NCBI GenBank assembly: GCA_018062815.1
Contig: JAGORM010000002.1
Location: 11,211 to 75,210, forward strand
Length of the DNA: 64,000 bases
Direction of reading: 5' to 3'
Source: Candidatus Levyibacteriota bacterium
GTDB taxonomy: Bacteria; Patescibacteriota; Microgenomatia; Levybacterales; GWA1-39-11
Part shown: one piece after another, positions 1 to 8,461 of the stretch
Position numbering within the stretch: position 1 is the stretch's first letter
How the letters are laid out: the number at the start of each line of letters is the position of its first letter
Translations under genes and position numbers: made by a program
Notes under the pieces: generated by a model
What the model saw: the letters and a program-made list of their open reading frames with translations, nothing else
What the model was told of the DNA's origin: nothing
Database searches by the model: none

Positions 1-2148
1 GTGCCTGAAAATCCAACAACTGTTTCAGCAAACCCTTCAGGTTATACTGCAACAAATAGTTTTGCATTCTCATGGAGCGGGGCAACTGATAGCGCTTCAA
101 CAGTTTATGACTACTGTTATAAAACATCCTTAAGTGGTAGTGAAACTTGTGGTGTAACTGATACATCCGTATCTGGTGTGACAGCGGGGGGGACGGGTGC
201 ATCTACGTTTTACGTACGATCAAGGGATCTTGCAGGGAATAAGGCCGCAACATATTCAAGCGTATCTTATTATTACAGCGCAACAGCGCCTAGTGCACCT
301 CAAGACCTTGAAGTATCACCTGAAACAAATACTGTAAATCAATTCTCATTCTCATGGAATCCTCCCTCAACATATTTTGGCTCACAATCATCCCTGCGTT
401 ATTATTACTCTATAAACGCGCTTCCTACTGCTCAAAATGTAAATGTGTTGGGGTTGTCTGTTACTAATCTTGCAACAGATGCATATGCTACCGTTCCGGG
501 TGCAAATGTAATGTATGTGGTTGCCAAAGATGAAGCAGGAAATATTGATTACAATAATTATGCATCTGTAACATTTACCGCTGATACATCAGCCCCGGGT
601 ATTCCAAAAAAAGTAGACATAGCAGACATTTCCGTTAAGACTTTATCCGCTTGGAAACTCGCGGTTTCCTGGGAGGCACCTGATGCCAGTGGTTCAGGAG
701 TATCAAGTTATAAAGTCTATAGCTCAACAACCACAGGTGCCAGTTGTACCACTGATTTTTCAAATTTCTCATACTTAGCATCAACAACCGGCCGTTCATA
801 TGTGGATACAGATATTACTCAAAATGATCATTATTACTGTGTAAAAGCTTGTGATTCCACTAACAATTGTTCTGCAGTTTCATCAACTGTTACTAAATAT
901 CCAACAGGTAAATATGAGGCAGCTGCAGAATTAACTGCAAGTCCTTCAGCTACCGTTAAGACAAAGTCGGCGATAATCACATGGGGTACAAGCAGAACAA
1001 GTAATTCTTTTGTAAAGTATGGTACTAGCTCAGGAGATTATGGGACAGAAGTTGGATCGTCAACTCAGGTTACGGCGCATTCTATAAGTTTACTTAATTT
1101 AGCACCTGGAACAACTTACTACTATAAAGTTCTCTGGACAGATGAAGATGGGAATATAGGCTCATCAACAGAGCAAAGCATTACTACTGAACCCGCACCA
1201 TTAGTAGGATCAGTTAAGGTTGCGAACATAAGTATAAACTCTGCAAATGTATCCTTTTCTGTGTCAAATGCGACAAGCGTTACAGTGCAATATGGACTTA
1301 CCACAAATTACGGAGCGTCAGATACAATTACAACTTCAAAGACAGAAACAACCCAGATTGTAGCACTTGAGAATCTTGAGGAGGGGACAGAGTATCATGT
1401 GCAAATTGTCGCAGAAGATGAGGAGGGAAATACATTTGCAGGAAATGATTATACTTTTGAAACCCTACCTGTTCCTAAGATTACGGCGTTTAAGTTACAA
1501 CAAGTGGCGGGTGAAGCAACTGCAACCTTGCGATTACTTTGGACATCTAACTCGTTAATATCAACAGTAGTAACTTATTACCCGGCAAATAATCCTGTGG
1601 CTACAAAAGATTCTATTAACTTAGTGTTGTCACGTAATCACCAAGTTATTTTAAATAATTTGCTGGACGATACGGATTATACGATTGTCATAAAAGGAAA
1701 AGATAGTGCGGGAAATGAGGCAGAGTATCCTCCTCAGGCTGTTAAAACAGCCGCAGATCTCCGTCCTCCTGGGATTGAAAATATGAATGTAGAGACAACT
1801 ATATTAGGGGTTGGTGACCAGGCAAAAGCACAGGTTGTTGCAACATGGGATACCGATGAGCCTGCCTCTACGCAAATAGAGTATGCGGAAGGAACAGGTA
1901 CTAGTTATAACTTAAGTACCCAAGAGGACACAAATAAGACCATGAATCACTCAGTTACAATTACGGGACTTTCTCCATCTAGAATTTACCATCTGCGTGC
2001 AGTGGGTAAAGATAAAGCAGCAAATGTAGGAAATTCATTTGACACAGTAATTGTTACTCCTAAGAGCACAAAGGATGCGCTAAGCTTAGTAATTGATAAC
2101 CTAGCAAAAACATTCGGATTCTTAAAGGGTGTTAACAGTGGGAAATAA
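1..2148 (+). CDS. Large cell-surface protein with tandem fibronectin-III / purple-acid-phosphatase-N-like beta-sandwich repeats (5' end truncated by window edge)
   Basis: Frame-1 ORF open from nt 1 to TAA 2146-2148. Repeated ~90-100 aa modules with FN3-like signatures (SAPSAPQDLEVSP..FSFSWNPP; TKSAIITWGTSRTSNSFVKYGTS..TTYYYKV; ANVSFSVSNATSVTVQYGLTTNYG..TEYHVQIVAED; QVVATWDTDEPASTQIEYAEG..RIYHLRAVGKD). Confidence 0.7.
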   Translation: MPENPTTVSANPSGYTATNSFAFSWSGATDSASTVYDYCYKTSLSGSETCGVTDTSVSGVTAGGTGASTFYVRSRDLAGNKAATYSSVSYYYSATAPSAPQDLEVSPETNTVNQFSFSWNPPSTYFGSQSSLRYYYSINALPTAQNVNVLGLSVTNLATDAYATVPGANVMYVVAKDEAGNIDYNNYASVTFTADTSAPGIPKKVDIADISVKTLSAWKLAVSWEAPDASGSGVSSYKVYSSTTTGASCTTDFSNFSYLASTTGRSYVDTDITQNDHYYCVKACDSTNNCSAVSSTVTKYPTGKYEAAAELTASPSATVKTKSAIITWGTSRTSNSFVKYGTSSGDYGTEVGSSTQVTAHSISLLNLAPGTTYYYKVLWTDEDGNIGSSTEQSITTEPAPLVGSVKVANISINSANVSFSVSNATSVTVQYGLTTNYGASDTITTSKTETTQIVALENLEEGTEYHVQIVAEDEEGNTFAGNDYTFETLPVPKITAFKLQQVAGEATATLRLLWTSNSLISTVVTYYPANNPVATKDSINLVLSRNHQVILNNLLDDTDYTIVIKGKDSAGNEAEYPPQAVKTAADLRPPGIENMNVETTILGVGDQAKAQVVATWDTDEPASTQIEYAEGTGTSYNLSTQEDTNKTMNHSVTITGLSPSRIYHLRAVGKDKAANVGNSFDTVIVTPKSTKDALSLVIDNLAKTFGFLKGVNSGK

Positions 2149-2149
2149 T

Positions 2150-3091
2150 ATGGATGAAAAAAGTCAAAAACAAATAGGGGGGAATTTATTAAAAACGGTT
2201 GATTTGAAAAAGTCATTTTACATTGGCTTGCCTAATGAAGTAGAGATTTTAAAGGGGATAAATTTAGAAATTGAAAAAGGAGATTTTGTTATCATTTTTG
2301 GTCCATCTGGATGTGGAAAATCAACATTATTGCATACGCTTTTGGGGCTTGAGCCTCCTACGGGTGGTAGTGTAGTGGTTGAAGGAGATGATTTTTATGG
2401 TTCCACTGAGGATAAACGGGCAACTTACAGAAGACATCATGTAGGAATTATTTACCAACAGCCATTATGGATTGCTGCACTAAATATAGCAGAAAATGTA
2501 CAGTTTACATTAAAGCTGTTAAATTATGATGATGAAAAAATTACAAAACGTTCAGATGAAGTTCTTTCTATGGTAGGCATGACAGAATGGAAAGATTACC
2601 GGCCGCAGGAGTTATCATCAGGACAGCAGCAGAAGGTGTCATTGGCTCGTGCCCTATCAATAGATCCCGTACTGATAGTTGCGGATGAACCTACTGGAAA
2701 TTTGGATACAATTTCAGGTCAGCAATTGATTGAGCATTTTATGGAATTTAATAGGAAAGGGATCACCATTATTATGGTTACGCATGACTTGGAGTATTTG
2801 AAATATGGAAATAAGATTATACACATGATTGACGGGATAGTAGTAGAGCAGTATGTAGGAAAACCAGGGCAAGGTTTTAACAAGGAAATAATGGGTAAAA
2901 AATCAGAGTCAAAGACGGGTGATTCAGGTGTTAATGTTCGTGATCCAAAATTCCTTGCATCTCTGAAGGGAACTCATGATGGAAAGATAATGCAGTATGT
3001 AACGCATGTAGATGCGCCTAAAGATGCACCTGATTTACCTCCGAAGTTAGTTAATAAAGATACAACAGATGGTAAATTAAATAAAAAATAA
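2150..3091 (+). CDS. ABC transporter ATP-binding protein (FtsE/LolD/MacB-type) with ~80-aa C-terminal extension
   Basis: Walker A GPSGCGKSTLL, ABC signature LSSGQQQKVSLARAL, Walker B LIVADEPTGNLD, H-loop MVTHD. ATG at 2150 lies 2 nt after the upstream stop; the track start at 2129 would overlap the upstream gene by 20 nt. Confidence 0.85.
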   Translation: MDEKSQKQIGGNLLKTVDLKKSFYIGLPNEVEILKGINLEIEKGDFVIIFGPSGCGKSTLLHTLLGLEPPTGGSVVVEGDDFYGSTEDKRATYRRHHVGIIYQQPLWIAALNIAENVQFTLKLLNYDDEKITKRSDEVLSMVGMTEWKDYRPQELSSGQQQKVSLARALSIDPVLIVADEPTGNLDTISGQQLIEHFMEFNRKGITIIMVTHDLEYLKYGNKIIHMIDGIVVEQYVGKPGQGFNKEIMGKKSESKTGDSGVNVRDPKFLASLKGTHDGKIMQYVTHVDAPKDAPDLPPKLVNKDTTDGKLNKK

Positions 3092-3093
3092 AA

Positions 3094-5283
3094 ATGAAAA
3101 ACATCCTTCCGATTTTTAAAAAAGTTTTATTAGTGATAAGCAAGCCTTCTTTTTGGGTGCATTTACCTAAGAACAGTATTATCTTTATAAAGAAAGCAAG
3201 TGTAACAAGTGTAATATTTGCAAGTTTTTTCCTTCTGCTTAATGTCTGCTTCGTAGAGGTGATATGTAAATATCTGGAATCACTTCCTGTTGTAGGAAGA
3301 ATATTTAAAAAAACAAATATGTTATGGGTAAAATCTTTTGGAAGATATATCCCGAGACTTGTAAGAGGGCTTGAGAAAATGAGGACATATGAAGTACAGC
3401 GTTCTTATCTTATTTTTCTCGCATTTGAAAACTTGCGTGTAAGAAAAAGCAGATCTCTTATCACAGTTGCGGGTATGTCATTTGGAGTAGGTGTAATTGT
3501 CCTGCTTTTATCTTTAGGATATGGAATAGAGCGTTTAGTTGTAAACAAGGTCGCAAGTCTTCAGGACTTACAGGTGGTTGATATTTCAACGGGAGGAAAT
3601 ACAGCAGTAAAATTAACCCAGGACGCAATGAGGAAGTTTCAGAAATTCGGAAAAGTGACAAATGCCATACCGTTTGTTTCTGTTGTCGGAAGAATAACCT
3701 TTAATAAAGCAACCACTGATGTTTTAGTATATTCCGCACCAAATGAATATTTTAAATTCATAAACGCGAAGATGGTGAAGGGAAAGCTTTTTTCAAATAA
3801 TAAAATTTCTTATGCTCCGCCTGATGGTGAAGTTGCAGGGGTATCAACCCAGTATGAAAAAGCAGAATTTGGGAGCAAAGTGAGTCCAAACACAGTTTTG
3901 TTTAATATAAACCCACAAGAAGCGGCAGTTGTTTGGGAGTCATGTAGTACGGGAGGGAAAATTGTAGGGTATACCGCAAGACTCGAAGGAGGGTATAAGG
4001 GGTATCAGTATTGGGGAAGTGAATATTATCCGCTTGAGGGTGACGCGCGGGCTGGGTATAGTAATACTACCCATGAATATTTAGGTAAATGGATAAAGGG
4101 TGTTGTGCCGTTGTATAACAAAAGCTCAGACGGAGCACTTAGACCAATTTTAGATGACCACGGAGTGCATAAATGGCAGGACGCATGTATTCAAATGAAA
4201 TATGTTCAGGTATTAGATGAGTATATTCTTCGTCAAGTTTTAGGTGCGTCAACAAAATCAGGTTCAGTTTTGGCGGCATCGGATTCAGCTTCCATTACGG
4301 CAGAAGCAGATATTGAAAGCTCACAAGATTCATCTTCTTCTGCTGAAATAGATCAAGTAGACTCTGCGGCATTTATTAGTTCATTTGATTCAAGCGTTGT
4401 TGGAACAAATTCTTCAGGAATAGAATTTGTAGATCTTGCATCTCAGCAGAAAGCAAAGAAAAAAGAAACTGAAACATTAAAGTTTAAGGGAGGGCATAGC
4501 GGTGAGGCTATTGTTTCAACTGGACTCCTTAATTTATTGGGTATTCCGGTTTCAAAAGCGTTAGACAGCACATTTAAATCATCTCTTATTATAGGAAAAA
4601 GTCAGATACCGGAATTATTAGGAAAAGCGCAGAGTGAGGAGAAAGATTACAAAATAGTTGGGGTAATTGATGACTTGGATACTCAATACTTTTATATTCC
4701 ATTATCTGACGTAAAGAATTTAGGTGTTACCAATTTCTCTCAAGCAAAGATTGTAATGTTACTTAAGCAGGAAATGGGGAAGTTCAGAAAACAGGTAGAA
4801 GATTTAGGCTTTAGAACTACAAGCACTGCTGATACCGTTAAGCAGATAGAATCATTATTTGGTAATTTAAGAATTGTCTTAGGTCTTTTGGGAATGGTTG
4901 CGCTAGGCGTTGCGTCACTTGGGATGTTTAATACACTAACCGTTTCCCTTCTTGAGCGTACTCGTGAAATCGGTGGAATGAAAACCATAGGTATGGTGAC
5001 TGATGAAGTTCAGGAGCTATTGCTTTCTGAAGCTATGATTATGGGTCTTTCAGGCGGAGTTGGAGGTCTATTGTTGGGGTTTGTTGCGGGCAAGGTGTTA
5101 TCTGGGGCAGTGAGCATTTTTGCAATAGCGGGTGGTCAAGGCTTTTTGGATCTTACATATGTTCCGCCGTTTCTTATACTTTTTATAATTGTTTCGTCAT
5201 TTTTTGTTGGCCTTATTACAGGATTGTATCCTGCAATGCGTGCTCGCAAGATTTCCGCTCTAAATGCCCTGCGGTATGAATGA
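3094..5283 (+). CDS. ABC transporter permease, FtsX/MacB family with large (~430 aa) extracytoplasmic domain
   Basis: ATG 3 nt after the ATPase stop. N-terminal TM (ITVAGMSFGVGVIVLLLSLGYGI), long extracellular domain with an acidic Ser-rich low-complexity segment, C-terminal FtsX-like 3-TM bundle (LRIVLGLLGMVALGVASLGMFN...GLYPAMRARKISALNALR). Confidence 0.8.
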   Translation: MKNILPIFKKVLLVISKPSFWVHLPKNSIIFIKKASVTSVIFASFFLLLNVCFVEVICKYLESLPVVGRIFKKTNMLWVKSFGRYIPRLVRGLEKMRTYEVQRSYLIFLAFENLRVRKSRSLITVAGMSFGVGVIVLLLSLGYGIERLVVNKVASLQDLQVVDISTGGNTAVKLTQDAMRKFQKFGKVTNAIPFVSVVGRITFNKATTDVLVYSAPNEYFKFINAKMVKGKLFSNNKISYAPPDGEVAGVSTQYEKAEFGSKVSPNTVLFNINPQEAAVVWESCSTGGKIVGYTARLEGGYKGYQYWGSEYYPLEGDARAGYSNTTHEYLGKWIKGVVPLYNKSSDGALRPILDDHGVHKWQDACIQMKYVQVLDEYILRQVLGASTKSGSVLAASDSASITAEADIESSQDSSSSAEIDQVDSAAFISSFDSSVVGTNSSGIEFVDLASQQKAKKKETETLKFKGGHSGEAIVSTGLLNLLGIPVSKALDSTFKSSLIIGKSQIPELLGKAQSEEKDYKIVGVIDDLDTQYFYIPLSDVKNLGVTNFSQAKIVMLLKQEMGKFRKQVEDLGFRTTSTADTVKQIESLFGNLRIVLGLLGMVALGVASLGMFNTLTVSLLERTREIGGMKTIGMVTDEVQELLLSEAMIMGLSGGVGGLLLGFVAGKVLSGAVSIFAIAGGQGFLDLTYVPPFLILFIIVSSFFVGLITGLYPAMRARKISALNALRYE

Positions 5284-5322
5284 TCTCTTGATGAGTTGGC
5301 ATAAATCATATACACTTTTTCT

Positions 5323-6057
5323 ATGCCTAAGAAAAGTCAAGATCAAGAAACACTTTCTTCAACATCCTTTACAAAAGAGTCGCTTGTTGACCTTAAAAAA
5401 GAAGGTAAAAACTATTTCCTTCACTGGTTTGATTATCTTGTAACTAACATAAGAAATAAGGTAATAAAGAGGCCAATTGAATATGTGGTTGTGTTTATTG
5501 TAAGTTTTTTTATTACAATATGCGTTTCAGCAATTATTCTGCTCCTAGTTTTTAATAAAATTGAAATGAGTCTTTCACTTCCTGCGATTCCTTTCTATAA
5601 TTTTGGACAGCTTCAGATAAGTAGGACAAATAGAGGAGATGCAAGATTTGACCCTATGGTTTTATTAAAGTTAATACAAAAAAATAATACAGAGTACTTA
5701 CTAATTGATGTACGTACCGCAAGGGAATATGAAAGCGGACATATTAAAACTGCTGTATCCATACCGTTTTATGGTACAGATTTTGTTTTAGATAATGGTG
5801 AGGTAAAAAATATAAGCGGGGAATTAAAAGAAAAATTTAATGTGCTGGCAAAAAACAAAAAAATTGTGATTCTCTACGGACAAACTTCATATTCCTCATA
5901 CGTTGAAAAAGTAGCACAACATCTTGACGCGAGCAGGGGGAAGGTAAAGGTATTAGGTGTAGGTTGGAATGAGTGGGCACACTTTAAGAATTTATGGATT
6001 TCTGAGGCGGATTGGAATGTTATAAATATACAAGACTTTATTCAAGTAAAAGAATAA
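5323..6057 (+). CDS. Membrane-anchored rhodanese-domain protein
   Basis: N-terminal TM (VVVFIVSFFITICVSAIILLLVF); rhodanese signature LIDVRTAREYESGHIKTAVSIPF. Confidence 0.65.
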   Translation: MPKKSQDQETLSSTSFTKESLVDLKKEGKNYFLHWFDYLVTNIRNKVIKRPIEYVVVFIVSFFITICVSAIILLLVFNKIEMSLSLPAIPFYNFGQLQISRTNRGDARFDPMVLLKLIQKNNTEYLLIDVRTAREYESGHIKTAVSIPFYGTDFVLDNGEVKNISGELKEKFNVLAKNKKIVILYGQTSYSSYVEKVAQHLDASRGKVKVLGVGWNEWAHFKNLWISEADWNVINIQDFIQVKE

Positions 6058-6160
6058 TTAAGTTACTCAATTATCTGGATAGTTATATTTCTGGTTGTAT
6101 GCTTTAAAAACTCTCTTAATCTTTCTATTTTGTGTAAAATCTAGTAGAATTGAAAGTTGC

Positions 6161-6245
6161 GCTGGAGTGGCAGAGTAGTCAATTGCTCGTGACTGTAGAT
6201 CACGCGCCCGTTTGGGCTACGGGGGTGCAAATCCCTCCTCCAGCA
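6161..6245 (+). tRNA. tRNA-Tyr (GTA), class II with long variable arm
   Basis: Acceptor GCTGGAG/CTCCAGC, D-stem GCAG/TTGC, anticodon arm CGTGA-CTGTAGA-TCACG, variable hairpin GCCC-GTTT-GGGC, T-arm GGGGG-TGCAAAT-CCCTC (G at position 55 is unusual). No encoded CCA. Confidence 0.65.
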
Positions 6246-6317
6246 CAAAGAAGTAGTAATAAATCCTGTTCAGGCAGCCATAAACTACTTATCTTTTGAA
6301 ATATTTTTCAATGATTA

Positions 6318-6389
6318 GCCTCGATGGCTCAGTGGTAGAGCGAGATCTTGGTAAGATCTAGGTCGGGGGTCCGATTCCCCCTCGAGGCT
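6318..6389 (+). tRNA. tRNA-Thr (GGT)
   Basis: Acceptor GCCTCGA/TCGAGGC, D-arm GCTC-AGTGGTA-GAGC, anticodon arm AGATC-TTGGTAA-GATCT, T-arm GGGGG-TCCGATT-CCCCC, discriminator T. No encoded CCA. Confidence 0.75.
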
Positions 6390-6403
6390 CAAAACAAGTC
6401 TCA

Positions 6404-6432
6404 TTGTATTTTGAGCGTAATTTTTGTATAAT
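6404..6432 (+). promoter_or_regulatory. Candidate sigma-70-type promoter for rpmG (-35 TTGTAT 6404-6409, 17-nt spacer, extended -10 TG-TATAAT 6425-6432)
   Basis: Read directly from sequence; AAGGGAA Shine-Dalgarno-like element ~12 nt before the ATG at 6462. Confidence 0.4.
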
Positions 6433-6461
6433 TATATTTCTCAAGGGAACAAAATAAACAT

Positions 6462-6641
6462 ATGGCAAAGAAAAAAACAGGCGCAGTACTAAAATTAGGA
6501 TTAGTTTGTACAGTGTGTAGAACGCGTGGTTATATAACGTCCAGAAATAAATTAAATACACCTGAAAAGCTGAAATTGAAAAAGTACTGTAGAAAATGCA
6601 TGAAAGTTCAGGAGCATAAGGAAGTAGATAAACTAAAGTAA
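6462..6641 (+). CDS. rpmG: 50S ribosomal protein L33
   Basis: 59-aa ORF not in the supplied track (<60 aa): MAKKKTGAVLKLGLVCTVCRTRGYITSRNKLNTPEKLKLKKYCRKCMKVQEHKEVDKLK. It has the L33 CxxC...CxxC zinc-ribbon pattern and the conserved NTPxKLxLKKYC core. Confidence 0.85.
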   Translation: MAKKKTGAVLKLGLVCTVCRTRGYITSRNKLNTPEKLKLKKYCRKCMKVQEHKEVDKLK

Positions 6642-6647
6642 TATGCA

Positions 6648-6690
6648 AACTTCCTTGCATGGCTCGCTTTGCTCACCCCTAAAGGAAGTT
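6648..6690. terminator. Stem-loop between convergent rpmG and the 553-aa gene (9-bp stem AACTTCCTT/AAGGAAGTT, 25-nt loop), possible bidirectional terminator
   Basis: Inverted repeat read from sequence; followed by a T-rich stretch. The large loop makes it a weak call. Confidence 0.3.
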
Positions 6691-6751
6691 GATAAGTTAA
6701 AATAGATTTTAACTTGCGCTTCACTTCGTAAATCTAAAGTAAAATAGATTT

Positions 6752-8413
6752 TTAAATGTGTTTACCGTTTCTTTTATTGTTCTTCATTTGTTCGTATGCC
6801 TCTATGATAATTGATATATCAGATCTCCCAAACATATAGAACCCTAATTCTTTAAAATTATTTAAAAGTGTTGTGGTATCTTGTTCTGTCGGTCGTTTTT
6901 CTAATTGTGCATGTATTCTATATGTAAGAGAGGATATAGCTCTGAGATTAGTGGTAGATGGTTCTGGTAGATCAGATATGAATGAAGACATAATGCGTAG
7001 TGTATCTGGTCGACTGAAGAGGGCTTCTCCTGCGTTGTTTACTGCTCGAAAAGCATCAATAAATAGTTTTTTAGTGGTAAAAATATTTTCTATTTTTTCA
7101 GTTTTTATTTTAAGGTTTTTTAATTCTTCTTGAGTGTCGAGAAGAGAGTTTGTATTCTCAACAAGTTGTATCTGAGCTTGGATTTCATTTTCTGATCTAT
7201 AAAGGTCTTTATCGTTTGTTTCAGTTCTTGAGATATTTTCTGTTCGTGGCAAAGAATCAATAAGCCTATATGCCTTTGTAATAGTATTTAATTCTCTTCC
7301 AAGCGCTTCTTTTTCTTCAATAGAAAGTTGTACTATATATGGTTTTTTAGCAAAATTTATCAATACTGAAAGTGAGCGAGTGTCTAGGGGAGTTTTTTGT
7401 TTAAAACCATTATAAAGATTAGTGAGGTTAGTTAGGACTTCACGGGTTTTTTGATAGTTATTTTCTCCAAGCAATCTTAAGTAAGTTCTAAGGGGTGATT
7501 TAATCATGCCATGCTTGTATAGGTTATTAATTCGGTTCAGTTTTACAGGATCTCCAAGTTGACTATATATTTTTTGCCATTCTAGCATGAGATCATTTTG
7601 ATTAATTTCTCCGCGTTTTTTCTCAGATGCCTGAATTATCTTCAGTTTTTCAGCGTTTTTAGGGTTTGCGGATTTAATATGTTGTGCAATTATCCGTGCA
7701 TCCTTTATATTTGTAATAGCTATTGATGCCAGATTTCCATTCGGGTAGAGGAGTTGATAGGGACGTTCTATTCCTGCTTGCATTAATGTATCTTGAATTA
7801 TGGAACCAATTGATCGGTTTTCTACCAGGAATCGGATTTCATGTTTATCCATAATTGCTCTACCATCAAAAATGCCCGATAAAAAATCCCATATAAACTC
7901 AGGAGATTGAGTCCATGAATATTTTTGAGAAAATGTTTCAGCAAATCTTTCCCTTGACAAGTCACCTAAGCGGTTTACGGCAACACTATTTGAAAAAAGT
8001 ATAACATTTTTTTGTTTTACATCTTTTTCTTGAGATTCGCCTTGGGGATTTTTATCAAATATATGTTTGCCTATGGATGTAAATTTCTCTCTCGTTTCAG
8101 GATTTTTTTCACCTTTTATAAATCTACTTCCAGAATCTACATATGATGCACCACCTGTGTATCCAATGAACCATGCAAGCTCTGAAGATGGTGGAAAAGG
8201 GATAGTTTTGAATTTTTCTTCTGATATTGCTCTTATTCTGCCCAACTTTGTTTTTCCTAATAAGACCTCAACATACGTTGGGGAGTAACCAGTTTTAGCG
8301 CTTAGTTCAGCAAGAGATGCTAGAGATGGTATTTTGCCTTCTGCGTGCAGCCGAGCATTTTCTAGCACATGTGATTCAAAAGCATTTCTTTTTTCTTGCA
8401 AATGTTCTTTCAT
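6752..8413 (-). CDS. Hypothetical 553-aa protein: N-terminal HTH-like segment, two degenerate LAGLIDADG-like motifs, long C-terminal coiled-coil
   Basis: HTH-like LASLAELSAKTGYSPTYVEVLLGK; motif-like segments LAWFIGYTGGASYVDSG (~aa 80) and WDFLSGIFDGRAIMDKHE (~aa 178), ~100 aa apart as in double-motif LAGLIDADG folds; C-terminal half strongly heptad/charged. Confidence 0.55.
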   Translation of the reverse strand: MKEHLQEKRNAFESHVLENARLHAEGKIPSLASLAELSAKTGYSPTYVEVLLGKTKLGRIRAISEEKFKTIPFPPSSELAWFIGYTGGASYVDSGSRFIKGEKNPETREKFTSIGKHIFDKNPQGESQEKDVKQKNVILFSNSVAVNRLGDLSRERFAETFSQKYSWTQSPEFIWDFLSGIFDGRAIMDKHEIRFLVENRSIGSIIQDTLMQAGIERPYQLLYPNGNLASIAITNIKDARIIAQHIKSANPKNAEKLKIIQASEKKRGEINQNDLMLEWQKIYSQLGDPVKLNRINNLYKHGMIKSPLRTYLRLLGENNYQKTREVLTNLTNLYNGFKQKTPLDTRSLSVLINFAKKPYIVQLSIEEKEALGRELNTITKAYRLIDSLPRTENISRTETNDKDLYRSENEIQAQIQLVENTNSLLDTQEELKNLKIKTEKIENIFTTKKLFIDAFRAVNNAGEALFSRPDTLRIMSSFISDLPEPSTTNLRAISSLTYRIHAQLEKRPTEQDTTTLLNNFKELGFYMFGRSDISIIIEAYEQMKNNKRNGKHI

Positions 8414-8461
8414 GAAAAATAGTATATGAAAATGTTAACCTGTAGTGCTGGTTTAGAGTGT

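Noticed and set aside
1122-1304. Short antisense and out-of-frame track ORFs inside large genes (e.g. 1122-1304, 3461-3661, 4740-4988, 17254-17682, 33276-33467, 45431-45882, 47735-48133, 53588-53895, 58170-58654)
   Set aside because: All are embedded in or antisense to longer ORFs with clear protein-family signatures; no independent support.
2129-2149. Upstream ATG (2129) as the ABC ATPase start
   Set aside because: Overlaps the preceding gene by 20 nt; ATG at 2150 directly after the stop is more parsimonious, but this is not certain.
6358-6660. Track ORF (100 aa, minus) overlapping tRNA-Thr and antisense to rpmG
   Set aside because: Overlaps a well-formed tRNA and the conserved L33 gene; composition is Leu/Phe/Tyr-rich junk.
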